A DNA stretch of 63,885 nt, filler included, from an uncultured bacterium (lineage in GTDB: Bacteria > Latescibacterota > UBA2968): the NCBI GenBank assembly GCA_964471275.1. It is 5 parts of 5 records of this genome, joined end to end, with 100 filler letters (N's around TTAATTAATTAA, not from the genome) between each part and the next. Parts side by side here need not be neighbours in the genome. Positions count along the whole stretch, not along the records: positions 1 to 13,438 come from CAYYGZ010000128.1; 4 more parts are not named here. The stretch is one strand, 5' to 3'. Shown here piece by piece: positions 1-8,948 of this stretch. Positions within the stretch are counted from its first letter, which is position 1. Every line of letters begins with the position of its first letter. Both the position numbers and the translations under genes were made by a program. The notes beneath the pieces are model-generated. The model was not told where the DNA came from. It made no database searches and was given only the letters and a program-made list of their open reading frames with translations.

Positions 1-957
1 ATCCCAGATCGCGCCTGGCGGGATGATGTGCTTCATTCCCTCGAAGAAGGCCGAGAATCCCGTGTAGTCTTGGGTATACAGAAGGTCCGTGTGGTAAGGT
101 TCGGTCCGCATCCCAACCGCTAGAGGCGGTTTGGTGATCTTCCTGTCGACTGCGATTTCCGGATGTGCCCAGAAGACCAAACCGTTTCGCTCGGTAACGT
201 GTGAGATGAAGTCCTGGTATGGGGCGATGCCCTGGTCACCGTGATATTGATCATATCGGGGGAAGGCATACGGGAAGTTCTGGGTGAGGAACAAGGCACT
301 CAGGACTATGAGGCCGATGCCGATGGGCCGGATCAGGGATCGAAGCGGCGAGTTCTCTGTGGCCTTGAATGCCAGGAAGACAAGAACCATCAGACCTACG
401 GGCCAGAGACTCAGGAGAGAACTCATACCAAAGGATCGTAAGAATCCGTTTCCGACGGATGGAAGTCGCTTGTAATCACGCGCGTCATCAAAACCGAAGG
501 CAAGCAAGTGTTTGTATGTGTTGTGAATGGTCAGGTTGTTGAATAGCAGAGAACCCTCCCAGTAGAAGAACGGGATGGCTTCGACACCGGGGAGAAGAAT
601 GACATCCTCCATCTGAGTATTCAGGTCATTGATCGTGGCGACATACTCTTCGGGGCCAAACGAATGTACGGACGATGAACGCCCAAATGCCGATGCGCTC
701 GCCCAGCCCGTGAGCTTACCGATCAGCCATCTTGCCGGAAAGAATCCGTAGTCCCACTTGACCGTGTCGTGGTCTGTGAAGACGCCGATCTCGATGTCGT
801 TCTCCACCAGGAATGAAGCCATTTCAGCTGGGGTGTAGTCCCCACCGCTGACCGTGGTGCCCAGGTGGATTACACCCCTGGCCTGGTCAAGCTGTGCGGA
901 CGCTGATCCAACAGAAAGCGCGCAAACCGTGAGTATGATGAATCTGAGGCGGCCCAT
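1..957 (-). CDS. PHP-fold-like exported/membrane metallohydrolase (3' end cut by window/contig edge)
   Basis: Not in the ORF track because it has no stop in the window. Manual translation from ATG 957: MGRLRFIILTVCALSVGSASA (signal-like), GVIHLGTTVSGG, FTDHD, PGVEA, HLLAFG, two hydrophobic helices, FWAHPE. The ATG overlaps an upstream TGA (TGATG). Confidence 0.6.
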   Translation of the reverse strand, partial: MGRLRFIILTVCALSVGSASAQLDQARGVIHLGTTVSGGDYTPAEMASFLVENDIEIGVFTDHDTVKWDYGFFPARWLIGKLTGWASASAFGRSSSVHSFGPEEYVATINDLNTQMEDVILLPGVEAIPFFYWEGSLLFNNLTIHNTYKHLLAFGFDDARDYKRLPSVGNGFLRSFGMSSLLSLWPVGLMVLVFLAFKATENSPLRSLIRPIGIGLIVLSALFLTQNFPYAFPRYDQYHGDQGIAPYQDFISHVTERNGLVFWAHPEIAVDRKITKPPLAVGMRTEPYHTDLLYTQDYTGFSAFFEGMKHIIPPGAIWD

Positions 958-1088
958 CAATACCGGTAGAGTTCTGTGCAGCCCGTCGCACACACAGGGA
1001 ATCGTTTTCGTTTCTTGACCAGCAGTCGATAGCTCCTGTAGATCTTGTTGTTCCATATTGTGGTAAAAGCGTGCTTCGTTACGTTCCC
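957..1088 (-). pseudogene. 3' fragment of a radical SAM/SPASM-domain gene
   Basis: Frame reads GNVTKHAFTTIWNNKIYRSYRLLVKKRKRFPVCATGCTELYRY*, typical of a SPASM C-terminus (GN..IWN..Y..R...C..C). It has no start of its own. Confidence 0.6.
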
Positions 1089-1299
1089 GGGAGAGTAACG
1101 AAGCGAAAATCAGCACGTATAGCGCGATCTGTGTGCTGATAAAGCTGCCAATAAAGACGACAAGCCCCCATACGAGCCCGAGACTCATTGTAGGGGGGAG
1201 CTTCGCGACCACAGCACCCAGTGCCGATGTCAAGACCAGCAGGACGAGGACGATCCCGATCATAACGGGTGAGACGTTGCTTGAGCGGTTTGAGAGCAC
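1089..1299 (-). pseudogene. 5' fragment of a polytopic membrane protein (O-antigen ligase/Wzy-like N-terminus)
   Basis: GTG 1299 follows AGGA; ~70 codons with 2-3 TM segments ending in LYVLIFASLLS, then an abrupt change at ~1090. Lies directly downstream of wza-wzc. Confidence 0.5.
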
Positions 1300-1354
1300 G
1301 GTACCAATCCTGATGGTGCAGTCTGCGGATTCCTTCGGGCGTGTTCGCTAAGGT

Positions 1355-1401
1355 AAGAATAAATAAGAAAGCACTTGAGCAACATAGCCGCCTAAGTGCT
1401 T
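1355..1401 (-). terminator. Intrinsic terminator-like hairpin between wzc and the next EPS gene
   Basis: AAGCACTT (1369-1376) / AAGTGCTT (1394-1401) arms with an inner G-U-rich extension, followed on the minus strand by TCTTATTTATTCTT. Confidence 0.5.
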
Positions 1402-1427
1402 GCTTTAGCCTTAGGCTACGGCTGACA

Positions 1428-4307
1428 CTATTCGGCTGACAGTTTTCTTATCGCTGTGTATCCTGCCCAGCGACGGGATCGAAGATCCAAAGCCGTCAGC
1501 CTTGCTTGCGCTCTGTCCGAGTGGGGGCCGACGAGGACTCTGTGGAATCGTCCTTTATTCGCGATGTCGAGTGTATGAATCGTACCCTTTAGACCTCGCT
1601 CCTTAAGTCTGTCGAATTCCCTGCGTGCGGACCAGATTGACTTATGCGAGGCTGTGTGAACGTAGAACGCTTCTTGTGCTGGCTGTGGTGAGCCAAGCTC
1701 TGGCTCGGCATTTTTACGCGGTGGGCGATTGGCATTGAGAATCGCCGATTCGTCAGGTTGTCCGTTGTTGATCGATCCCTCCAGGGCCTCCAGAGTGGCA
1801 CTATCGTGAACGATGACTGGCTCATTGCGGAATCCTGGGGCAGATATCATCATCTCGGCTACGTTCTGAGACCGAATCCTTGGCCCCTCGGGACGCCTTG
1901 GTCTAAAGAACCCTATCTGCCACATAATACCAGAGAGGACAAAGAGACCGAGCATCGACCAGAGCAGGACGCGCGCGATCACAGATGTCATGGATCTCCG
2001 CCCCTGGTTTTTGATCGCGTTTTCAGCCCCTGAGGGTGTGTTGATCCAGAGTTGCTCGGCCGCCCGAGCCAGAACTGGCTGAGTTTGCTCGCGGACGGTC
2101 GATAGGAGCTGGCTCCCTCTCCGCTTGGCCCGGTTGTATGCTCGGATGAACGGGTTCGTGTATTCTCTGTCCTGACTGCCATAGCTGTAGTAGGAGTAGT
2201 AGCGGAGATCCCGGACGTCTTCGCTGACCTCGGCACGCAGTCCATTGATGACGATGCCCAGCACGGGAACATTCACGGCGTCGAGTTGAAGTTTGGCGCG
2301 ATGCAAAGCACTCCGAGAGACCTGTCCAATCTTGTAGACCAGGATGATTCCATCCACTCGAGTTCCAATGATCGTTGCGTCCGTCGCCTGAAGCGTCGGA
2401 GGCGAGTCGACCAGAATAACATCGTAGACCTCCTTTACTTCATTCAGGAATTCGGTCATCCGTCTCGAGTCGGTAATCTCTGCGGGGTTCGGAGGGATGA
2501 GACCACTCGTGATGATATTCAGGTTGTCCATGCCCGGCGTCATTATGATGTCTTCCATCCCCAGACCCCCAACCATGATGTCGGTGACGGTCCTGACAAC
2601 CTCTCGCCAGGAATAGTTGCCCAGAATGACGTCCGTCAGGCCAGGCTCCCGATCGAGACCAAAAATGCGTGCGATCGTGGGGCGGCGGAGGTCTCCATCG
2701 ACTAGGAGGACACGATTCCCGGCTTGCGCCAGCGTCATAGCCAGATTGGCAGTTGTCGTGCTCTTACCTTCCTGGTGCGAAGCAGAGGTCAGGGAAATGA
2801 GCTTGGCGCCTTTGTCGAGCGTCGCGAACTGGACGTTCGTCCTCAGTCCCCGGTAGCTTTCTGCGATGGTGGAATGCGGCTCAAAGTGCGCAGCCAATCG
2901 CATGCGTCGTTCGACAAGTTCCGGATCGTCCGTATCGAGGCCGCTCCTTTCCATTGCCTCCTTCAAGTTGCCGACATCAACCTGAGGGATGATGCCGACA
3001 ACAGAGACACCAAGGAATTCCTCCATATCCTGGATGGCGCCGATCGATGTATCCAGGGCTTCGGCGACAAACGCGAAGACGACGCCGAGGATCATGCCCA
3101 GGAGGGCACCGAGACCCGCCGAGGTGCGTGGCGTGGATGGATTGACCGGCGTGTTGGGGCGTAGGGCGTGCTGGAGTATGCTGATGTCTCTTACTTCACC
3201 CGATTCCAGGATCTGAGATTGTTGGAATTCTTCCTCCAGGACAAGGAGGAGTTCCGTTTGTGTCACGACATCCCGTTCAAAGTCTCCGAGTATGATGGCT
3301 TGCTCGGGCAGCATCTTGTATCTCATCTCGAGATCGCGTACGATTCGACGGTTGTTTTCCAACCGTGTCCTGATGATGCCCAACTGGTTGCGAAGGCTCC
3401 CAACCATTTCGTTCAGAACAACTCGCTTGCTAACCTCCATGTCAACGATGTGGGGGTGCTTGCCGGTGAACCGAACCAGGAGTTGACTCCGTTCCTGGTT
3501 TATCGCCTGCAGTTGATTGGAGAGTTGTACGAATTTGGGCCCGGCCTCTTCAGGCGGGATTCCGGACAGCGTCGATTCACTTGCCTCACCTGTGATATCG
3601 ACTTCTTTAATTAGTGCAGAGATATTCCTGTAGAGGGTTTCGATTCTCTCCAGATTTCCACGACCGTCCTCAAGTTGTCCGAGAAGCGTGCTCGTCTGGG
3701 CCTGTATCGAAATGATCCCTGTGTCTTCCTGGAACGCTTTAAGCAGGTTCTGTGCTCTTCTGAGACGCTTCTTCACCGTGTCTCGCTGGACCTGGATGAA
3801 CTGAAGGGCATTCAGAACCTGCGCATTCTTTGTCTCAAAGTTATAGTCACCATACTCTTCAGTCACGGCATTGGCAATCTCCTGAGCCATGTCGGGGGCG
3901 CCGGCGGTGGCTGTGATGGTGATGATGTTCGTTAACCCCTCGACCCCTGTCTTCACCATGTCCTTCAGTCCGAGAATCGCACGGATCTTCTGCTCGTGAG
4001 TGGCTTTGCTGGTGTCGACTCGGCCGAGCTTGTGAGCAACGCGGGTGATGACCGGGTAGCTGGTAATCACGGCTTGTTCTGTCTCGAGCGCGTCGCCGCC
4101 GCCGATCGCCGAGATGTAGGCCTCCTGGGGCGATTGGCTCTTCTCGAACTGTACCTTTGTGGACGCTTCATACTGCATAGTCGGAGTTGAAAGCAGCGCG
4201 GTCACGTAGCTTGTGACGCAGAGAATGATCGTCGCAAAGATGACAATCGTTTTGCGCTTGCGCAGAATCCTCCAGTAGACCCTAAGTGTGACGTCGTATT
4301 GGGGCAT
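1428..4307 (-). CDS. wzc: Wzc-type polysaccharide co-polymerase / BY tyrosine kinase with extra C-terminal TM + SPOR domain
   Basis: Wzz-like N-terminus, coiled coil, TM2, AESYRGLRTN, Walker A SHQEGKST, VDGDLRRP, Walker B ILVDSPP and Tyr cluster YYSYYSY. These are followed by a third TM and the SPOR-like FYVHTASH...GRFHRVLVGPHSDRAQAR. Confidence 0.9.
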   Translation of the reverse strand: MPQYDVTLRVYWRILRKRKTIVIFATIILCVTSYVTALLSTPTMQYEASTKVQFEKSQSPQEAYISAIGGGDALETEQAVITSYPVITRVAHKLGRVDTSKATHEQKIRAILGLKDMVKTGVEGLTNIITITATAGAPDMAQEIANAVTEEYGDYNFETKNAQVLNALQFIQVQRDTVKKRLRRAQNLLKAFQEDTGIISIQAQTSTLLGQLEDGRGNLERIETLYRNISALIKEVDITGEASESTLSGIPPEEAGPKFVQLSNQLQAINQERSQLLVRFTGKHPHIVDMEVSKRVVLNEMVGSLRNQLGIIRTRLENNRRIVRDLEMRYKMLPEQAIILGDFERDVVTQTELLLVLEEEFQQSQILESGEVRDISILQHALRPNTPVNPSTPRTSAGLGALLGMILGVVFAFVAEALDTSIGAIQDMEEFLGVSVVGIIPQVDVGNLKEAMERSGLDTDDPELVERRMRLAAHFEPHSTIAESYRGLRTNVQFATLDKGAKLISLTSASHQEGKSTTTANLAMTLAQAGNRVLLVDGDLRRPTIARIFGLDREPGLTDVILGNYSWREVVRTVTDIMVGGLGMEDIIMTPGMDNLNIITSGLIPPNPAEITDSRRMTEFLNEVKEVYDVILVDSPPTLQATDATIIGTRVDGIILVYKIGQVSRSALHRAKLQLDAVNVPVLGIVINGLRAEVSEDVRDLRYYSYYSYGSQDREYTNPFIRAYNRAKRRGSQLLSTVREQTQPVLARAAEQLWINTPSGAENAIKNQGRRSMTSVIARVLLWSMLGLFVLSGIMWQIGFFRPRRPEGPRIRSQNVAEMMISAPGFRNEPVIVHDSATLEALEGSINNGQPDESAILNANRPPRKNAEPELGSPQPAQEAFYVHTASHKSIWSARREFDRLKERGLKGTIHTLDIANKGRFHRVLVGPHSDRAQARLTALDLRSRRWAGYTAIRKLSAE

Positions 4308-4309
4308 GG

Positions 4310-5488
4310 CTATTTCGCGCCTGCGCTGCCGCGCAAGTTCTCCTGGACCTGCTGAATCACGGTTGGTTGCCCACTCAGTGCGCCGAGATCCAGACCGGCG
4401 GCGGTAGAAGCCGCATCTGACTCGGTAGTCTGGATCCGCACACCCGGATCGTTGATCCTGTATCCCCCGACGTTGACCAGTGGCTCCGTTACGACCAACC
4501 CTCCCCAGGACAGGATGGGCTGCAGCTGGGTGAGAAGGTCGTTCAGATCAGCCAGCCAGTCGCGGGGAACAACCACGATATCGCCGTCGACAAGCCCAAT
4601 GTTCTGAGTCAAATCTCCCTTCAGGATACGATCGACGTTGACCGTGAACACGGTCGGATTCTTCTGATCCACGCGCCTGATCACGCGCGTCCTGTTGGCT
4701 CGGGCATTCTGAGTGAAGCCGTTTGATGCGGCGATCGCCTGGAAGACGCTCGCGTCACTCGACAGTTCGTGCACACCGGGCTCCTGGACCTCGCCCAGTA
4801 CGGCAACACGACGGTCGGATTGCTGTAGACCGGACACTCGTATAATGTCGCCGTGTTCAACAAAGGGGTTCTCACTGTTATCTCCACCTTCTGTCGCTTT
4901 CTGAAGGTTCAGGACATAGGTTCTGCTGCCGCGCGTGAGCTTTACCTGGTCCAGTCTCGCGTCCGAGGTGGGACCGCCGGCAACGATCATCAGATCCAGA
5001 ACCGAAAGGCGCCCCTTCAGCGGGTAGCGGCCTGGACCTGAGTTGCCGCCTTCGACTGTTACAGAGCGCACGTTGATTGAGCCGAAGACCGACGCACTCT
5101 TGCTCATATATTCCTCAACCCGGAGTTGCACGCTTGGCGATCTAATAAACTCCGACAGGACACTCGACACATACTGAGCGGCGTCAGAGACGGTGAGGCC
5201 GCCAATCCGGATAGATGGCACGATCGAGAAAGCAACTGTACTGTCGGGGAGCACGCGGACACGCTCCTGTTGGGGGTCGCCTCCGTCGAAAAGTGTCAGT
5301 ACCAGAACATCACCAGGACCGATCATATACTCGGGATAGCTGAGGACAATCCTGTATGACGCGTTCCTCGGGGTGGATAGGATGGGCCGTCCATGCGAAT
5401 CGATAAATCCCGATTCAATCGACTGTGAGCTGAGGGCAGCCGGTGGGAGCCAGATAATCAGGCCAAGTAGCAGGGCAATTCGGATCAT
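4310..5488 (-). CDS. wza: Wza-like polysaccharide export protein with SLBB domains
   Basis: Signal peptide, EYMIGPGDVL Poly_export motif, GGLTV..A, LGEVQEPG and other SLBB repeats; adjacent to wzc. Confidence 0.85.
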   Translation of the reverse strand: MIRIALLLGLIIWLPPAALSSQSIESGFIDSHGRPILSTPRNASYRIVLSYPEYMIGPGDVLVLTLFDGGDPQQERVRVLPDSTVAFSIVPSIRIGGLTVSDAAQYVSSVLSEFIRSPSVQLRVEEYMSKSASVFGSINVRSVTVEGGNSGPGRYPLKGRLSVLDLMIVAGGPTSDARLDQVKLTRGSRTYVLNLQKATEGGDNSENPFVEHGDIIRVSGLQQSDRRVAVLGEVQEPGVHELSSDASVFQAIAASNGFTQNARANRTRVIRRVDQKNPTVFTVNVDRILKGDLTQNIGLVDGDIVVVPRDWLADLNDLLTQLQPILSWGGLVVTEPLVNVGGYRINDPGVRIQTTESDAASTAAGLDLGALSGQPTVIQQVQENLRGSAGAK

Positions 5489-5631
5489 ATCGGGGCCGAG
5501 AGGTTTCGGGTTGAGCGGAAGACTGAATACAAATGAAAACTGTGCCTAAACTAGACAGGAGTCAACGCAGATAGAATACCTGTTCTCTTGCGATCAAGGA
5601 AGCCGGCAGGAATCTGTTGTTCAATAACGAG

Positions 5632-6333
5632 CTATCTGAGTTTTGTGGCAGGTGACGGTAATGGAGAAATAACTGAATTTGCAGTGAGAGAGTCAGCCTC
5701 TTCTCGCAATCGTGCGCGAAATCGCTCGATTCGGTCTACCGCTCTTGACTGATCCATCTGGTCGCCCGCCTTATAGCCGCCGTACAGGCTGGCTGCGGAT
5801 CCGGCGAGCAGAATTGACCAGAAGGACAGACGAGCCTTGCCGTGGTTTCCAACTAGGTTATTGGGGTCGGCAGGAGCGATGTTATCTTGGACCGCAGCCC
5901 CAATCAGGAAGCTTGCCGCGGCACCCAACAACCCGATGTTGAGCATCATCTTCTGATTCAATTGGCTCTTGCGGTTTACACGGATTTCCTCATTCGAGAC
6001 CAAGGCGCCGTCTTTGTCCAGCGTGCCTGCGACACGGACTCGGTGGACGGTCTCCCAAGGTATCGATGTTCCAAAGCGTGCGGATTGAACGGGGTGACGC
6101 TGAATCGTCTGTTTGGGAGTTCGTACAACGATCACTGCCTGGTCGACGTATGTGACCCGACCGGAAAATATCGTACCGTCCTTTACCATGATCTTGACAC
6201 CATCGCCAGGCCTCAGCTTCTGGTGGTAGGGCGCACGGATCTGTACCACTGAAGGCGCACACGCGGTTCCAAAGAGCAGTGCTGCCATCAAGAGAGGCGT
6301 AAGCCCAATCAGGTGTGGGTGTTCGTGTCGCAT
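5632..6333 (-). CDS. Hypothetical lipoprotein/membrane protein
   Basis: Lipobox-like LLFGTAC, small beta-rich domain (GDGVKIMVKDGTIFSGRV), two C-terminal hydrophobic helices. Confidence 0.65.
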   Translation of the reverse strand: MRHEHPHLIGLTPLLMAALLFGTACAPSVVQIRAPYHQKLRPGDGVKIMVKDGTIFSGRVTYVDQAVIVVRTPKQTIQRHPVQSARFGTSIPWETVHRVRVAGTLDKDGALVSNEEIRVNRKSQLNQKMMLNIGLLGAAASFLIGAAVQDNIAPADPNNLVGNHGKARLSFWSILLAGSAASLYGGYKAGDQMDQSRAVDRIERFRARLREEADSLTANSVISPLPSPATKLR

Positions 6334-6354
6334 TCCACAGACTCCTTGTTTCCC

Positions 6355-6594
6355 CTAGTTTGTTCGACCTACAATCCGTCTGATTACGTCAGCGAGTCGT
6401 GTCAGCTTCCAGAACAAGCGCCTCTCAGGGGGGATTGTTGTTCGATAGACAGCTTCATCCGGGAACAGTGTCTCCGTGACACCTTCCAGGCAGGCTTTCG
6501 TGTTTCTCTGCCGTCTGGCCAGGTGAACGAGACCCTGATACCACCAGTGAGATGGCGACAGGGAACGTATACGCTGAAATTCATCGGGTTCCAT
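6355..6594 (-). CDS. Small hypothetical protein, possibly a truncated methyltransferase N-terminus
   Basis: RBS AGGA; MEPDEFQRIRSLSPSHWWYQG resembles the HWW(F/Y) N-terminus of polysaccharide-locus SAM methyltransferases, but no SAM-binding motif follows. Confidence 0.45.
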   Translation of the reverse strand: MEPDEFQRIRSLSPSHWWYQGLVHLARRQRNTKACLEGVTETLFPDEAVYRTTIPPERRLFWKLTRLADVIRRIVGRTN

Positions 6595-6611
6595 ACGGTC
6601 CTGCTGATGGT

Positions 6612-7982
6612 CTAAAGGTCTTCTTCGTAGATCACGTCAGTGATGTGGAGGACGGGGTATTCGCGGAGGTGGATGACCCGCTCTTTCTGAATTTTCCGGC
6701 CCTGGGTATCGCAGAGGATGGAGATATCTGGCCGAAGCGGGGATGCTTCGTCCGTCGAGACGACCCGGCCGCTGGCGCCCGAGTTGAGCTTGACGAGACT
6801 GCCGACAGGGAAGGCTGACAGCTTGGTTAACAGCACACGTACGATACGGGGGTCGAACTTGGCTTTGTGTGTCTGGATGATCTCCTTGACGGCTTCGAAA
6901 GGCAGACGGCCGCGACGGTCGTGCCTCGATCGTGTCAGTCCAGCATAGAAGTCGGTGACACCGACGATCCGTGCGTATTCGTGGATCTGATCGGATGTGA
7001 GCTGGTTCGGGTATCCGGTGCCGTCGTGGCGCTCGTGTTCCTGCATGGCGATTTCTGACAGCCACGCATACTGTTCGCCAAGCTGGGCGAGTATGGCGTG
7101 ACCGTCGACCGGGTGCTTGTGCAGGCGGTCGATGTCGGATTGGTCGAGTTGGCCTTTTGTGAAGAACTCCGGTGGGAGTTTCACCATACCGACATCGTGG
7201 ACAAGTCCGGCCACACCCAGGTCGATCAGCTGGTCGCGGTCGAACTGCAGGCCTTCCCCGATCTTGATAGAGTAGATACAGACGTTGACGGAGTGGCGGA
7301 CGACTGCTGCCGAAAAGCCCTGGTCGGTGTCCGCTGATTCCCTTGCATATATAGCTCGTCGGTAAAGGACATCGGTCGCTGTCTCTGTGTCGATGACCTC
7401 AGAGACCAGGAGGAATGCCTGGTCAACCATGAACGTCTGGCTCGACTGTACTGCATTTGTAACGCCTTCTACAAACGTGTAAAGTCGGTCGTAGATGCAG
7501 TTGATGGCAGCTTCTGAGGCCTCCTGTTCCTGCGGCGTCAGTAGCTGAGAAGCTGACGCTTCCTGATGAGTGAGGGCAGCGGCGGCCGGCTCAGCGTGGG
7601 GAGCAGGCTGAGCCGGTGCTGCCGCCTGCGCAGATGTTGCCGCCTGCTGTTGCGGCGGGGGAGCCGCTTGCTGGGGAGCTGCAGCGGACGGCGTCTGCGC
7701 GGGAGCCGTCTCGTGGGGAGCGGCTTGTGTCTGTGATCGGGGTTGTGGGGGCCTTCCCTGAATGAAGTCCGAGATGTGGTTGATCTGGTCGACGACTGAA
7801 GCCATGGTTCCTACTTCTTGGTGGATCTGGCTGAGGATTGGGAAGTCGCGCAGGTTTGTGGCACCCGCAGCTTCGGCGCGGGGAAGCGCGCTGAAGGTTC
7901 CTTCTCCTGTCCCTTGAGTCGGTCGATCCGATTCTGACAGGGCCTGTTCGCCGCTGCGAACCATGTCGGATAGTCTGGGCAT
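6612..7982 (-). CDS. HD-GYP domain protein (cyclic dinucleotide phosphodiesterase-like)
   Basis: RHSVNV, VHDVGM, HPVDG, EHERHDGTGYP, FDPRIV, FPVGSLVKLNSG; Gln/Ala/Pro-rich linker in the N-terminal third. Confidence 0.9.
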   Translation of the reverse strand: MPRLSDMVRSGEQALSESDRPTQGTGEGTFSALPRAEAAGATNLRDFPILSQIHQEVGTMASVVDQINHISDFIQGRPPQPRSQTQAAPHETAPAQTPSAAAPQQAAPPPQQQAATSAQAAAPAQPAPHAEPAAAALTHQEASASQLLTPQEQEASEAAINCIYDRLYTFVEGVTNAVQSSQTFMVDQAFLLVSEVIDTETATDVLYRRAIYARESADTDQGFSAAVVRHSVNVCIYSIKIGEGLQFDRDQLIDLGVAGLVHDVGMVKLPPEFFTKGQLDQSDIDRLHKHPVDGHAILAQLGEQYAWLSEIAMQEHERHDGTGYPNQLTSDQIHEYARIVGVTDFYAGLTRSRHDRRGRLPFEAVKEIIQTHKAKFDPRIVRVLLTKLSAFPVGSLVKLNSGASGRVVSTDEASPLRPDISILCDTQGRKIQKERVIHLREYPVLHITDVIYEEDL

Positions 7983-7983
7983 T

Positions 7984-8787
7984 CTAGATTTGCTTGATCG
8001 CGCTTGCGGCTTTGTTCACGATGTCCGGGCCGATCTTCGGTGTCTTGGAGCCAAACCCGAGCAGGAGCGAGATGTCGCAAATGTTGTTTATGGATCGGGG
8101 TATCCCCTCCGAGGCACGGTGGATCGCGATAAGCGCGTCTTCGGTGAAGATTGTCCCCTTGCAGTTAACTTTTCCGAGTCTTGTCTGGACGTAGGACCTG
8201 GTTTCTTCTGACTTCAGTGGTCCAAGATGGAACTTGATCGAGATGCGTTGCTCGAGCTGTTCGATCGATCCGATCTTCTCGCGGAGTTCCGGCTGGCCGA
8301 TCAAGAGCAGGGTCAGGAGGAAGCGATCGTTCAACTGGAAGTTCAGGAGTAGTCGAAGCTCCTCGAGTGTCGCGGGGTTGTTGATCGCCTGGGCCTCGTC
8401 GATGATCACGACAGTGTCTTTCCCGGCGTTCAGACTATTCGTCACCTGACTGTTCAGGGCGTGCAGAAGGTCCAGCTTTGACTCGGATTGTGTCTCTGCC
8501 CCCAATTGATACAGGGTCTCCTTCAGGAACTCCACCGGGCTCAGGCTAGGGTTAGCGATCAGGCCGACTTCGTATCGATCGGGGGGGAGGTCCTGGATCA
8601 AGGTACGGCTCAGGATTGTCTTCCCACAACCGATTTCACCCGTCAGCATAGCAGCCCCCTTGCGGCCATTTACCGCATAGAAGAGCCGTAAGAGGGCTTC
8701 CTGGTGTTCCGCCGCCGGATAGAAGAATCGCGGGTCCGGTACATTCTCAAACGGGAGTTCGTCCAGTCCCCAGTGCTCCAGATACAC
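7984..8787 (-). CDS. ExeA-family AAA ATPase (EPS/PEP-CTERM-associated type, no C-terminal domain)
   Basis: MYLEHWGLDELPF..PDPRFFY, GEIGCGKT, IIDEAQ, LEELRLL, LIGQPEL, GIPRSINNICD. Confidence 0.9.
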   Translation of the reverse strand: MYLEHWGLDELPFENVPDPRFFYPAAEHQEALLRLFYAVNGRKGAAMLTGEIGCGKTILSRTLIQDLPPDRYEVGLIANPSLSPVEFLKETLYQLGAETQSESKLDLLHALNSQVTNSLNAGKDTVVIIDEAQAINNPATLEELRLLLNFQLNDRFLLTLLLIGQPELREKIGSIEQLEQRISIKFHLGPLKSEETRSYVQTRLGKVNCKGTIFTEDALIAIHRASEGIPRSINNICDISLLLGFGSKTPKIGPDIVNKAASAIKQI

Positions 8788-8948
8788 GGCCTGCTCCAGT
8801 TTTGATCATTTTTGCGATTCGTTGAAGAAATATGCCGTAAGTTGTTATAAATCAGGAAGATAATTGGGTCCTTGCTTCCCGTATGGCTGTCCCCAGTCGG
8901 TCACTCAAGGCAAATATACAGGCATACGGCCGGGAGAGTCAAGAAAAA

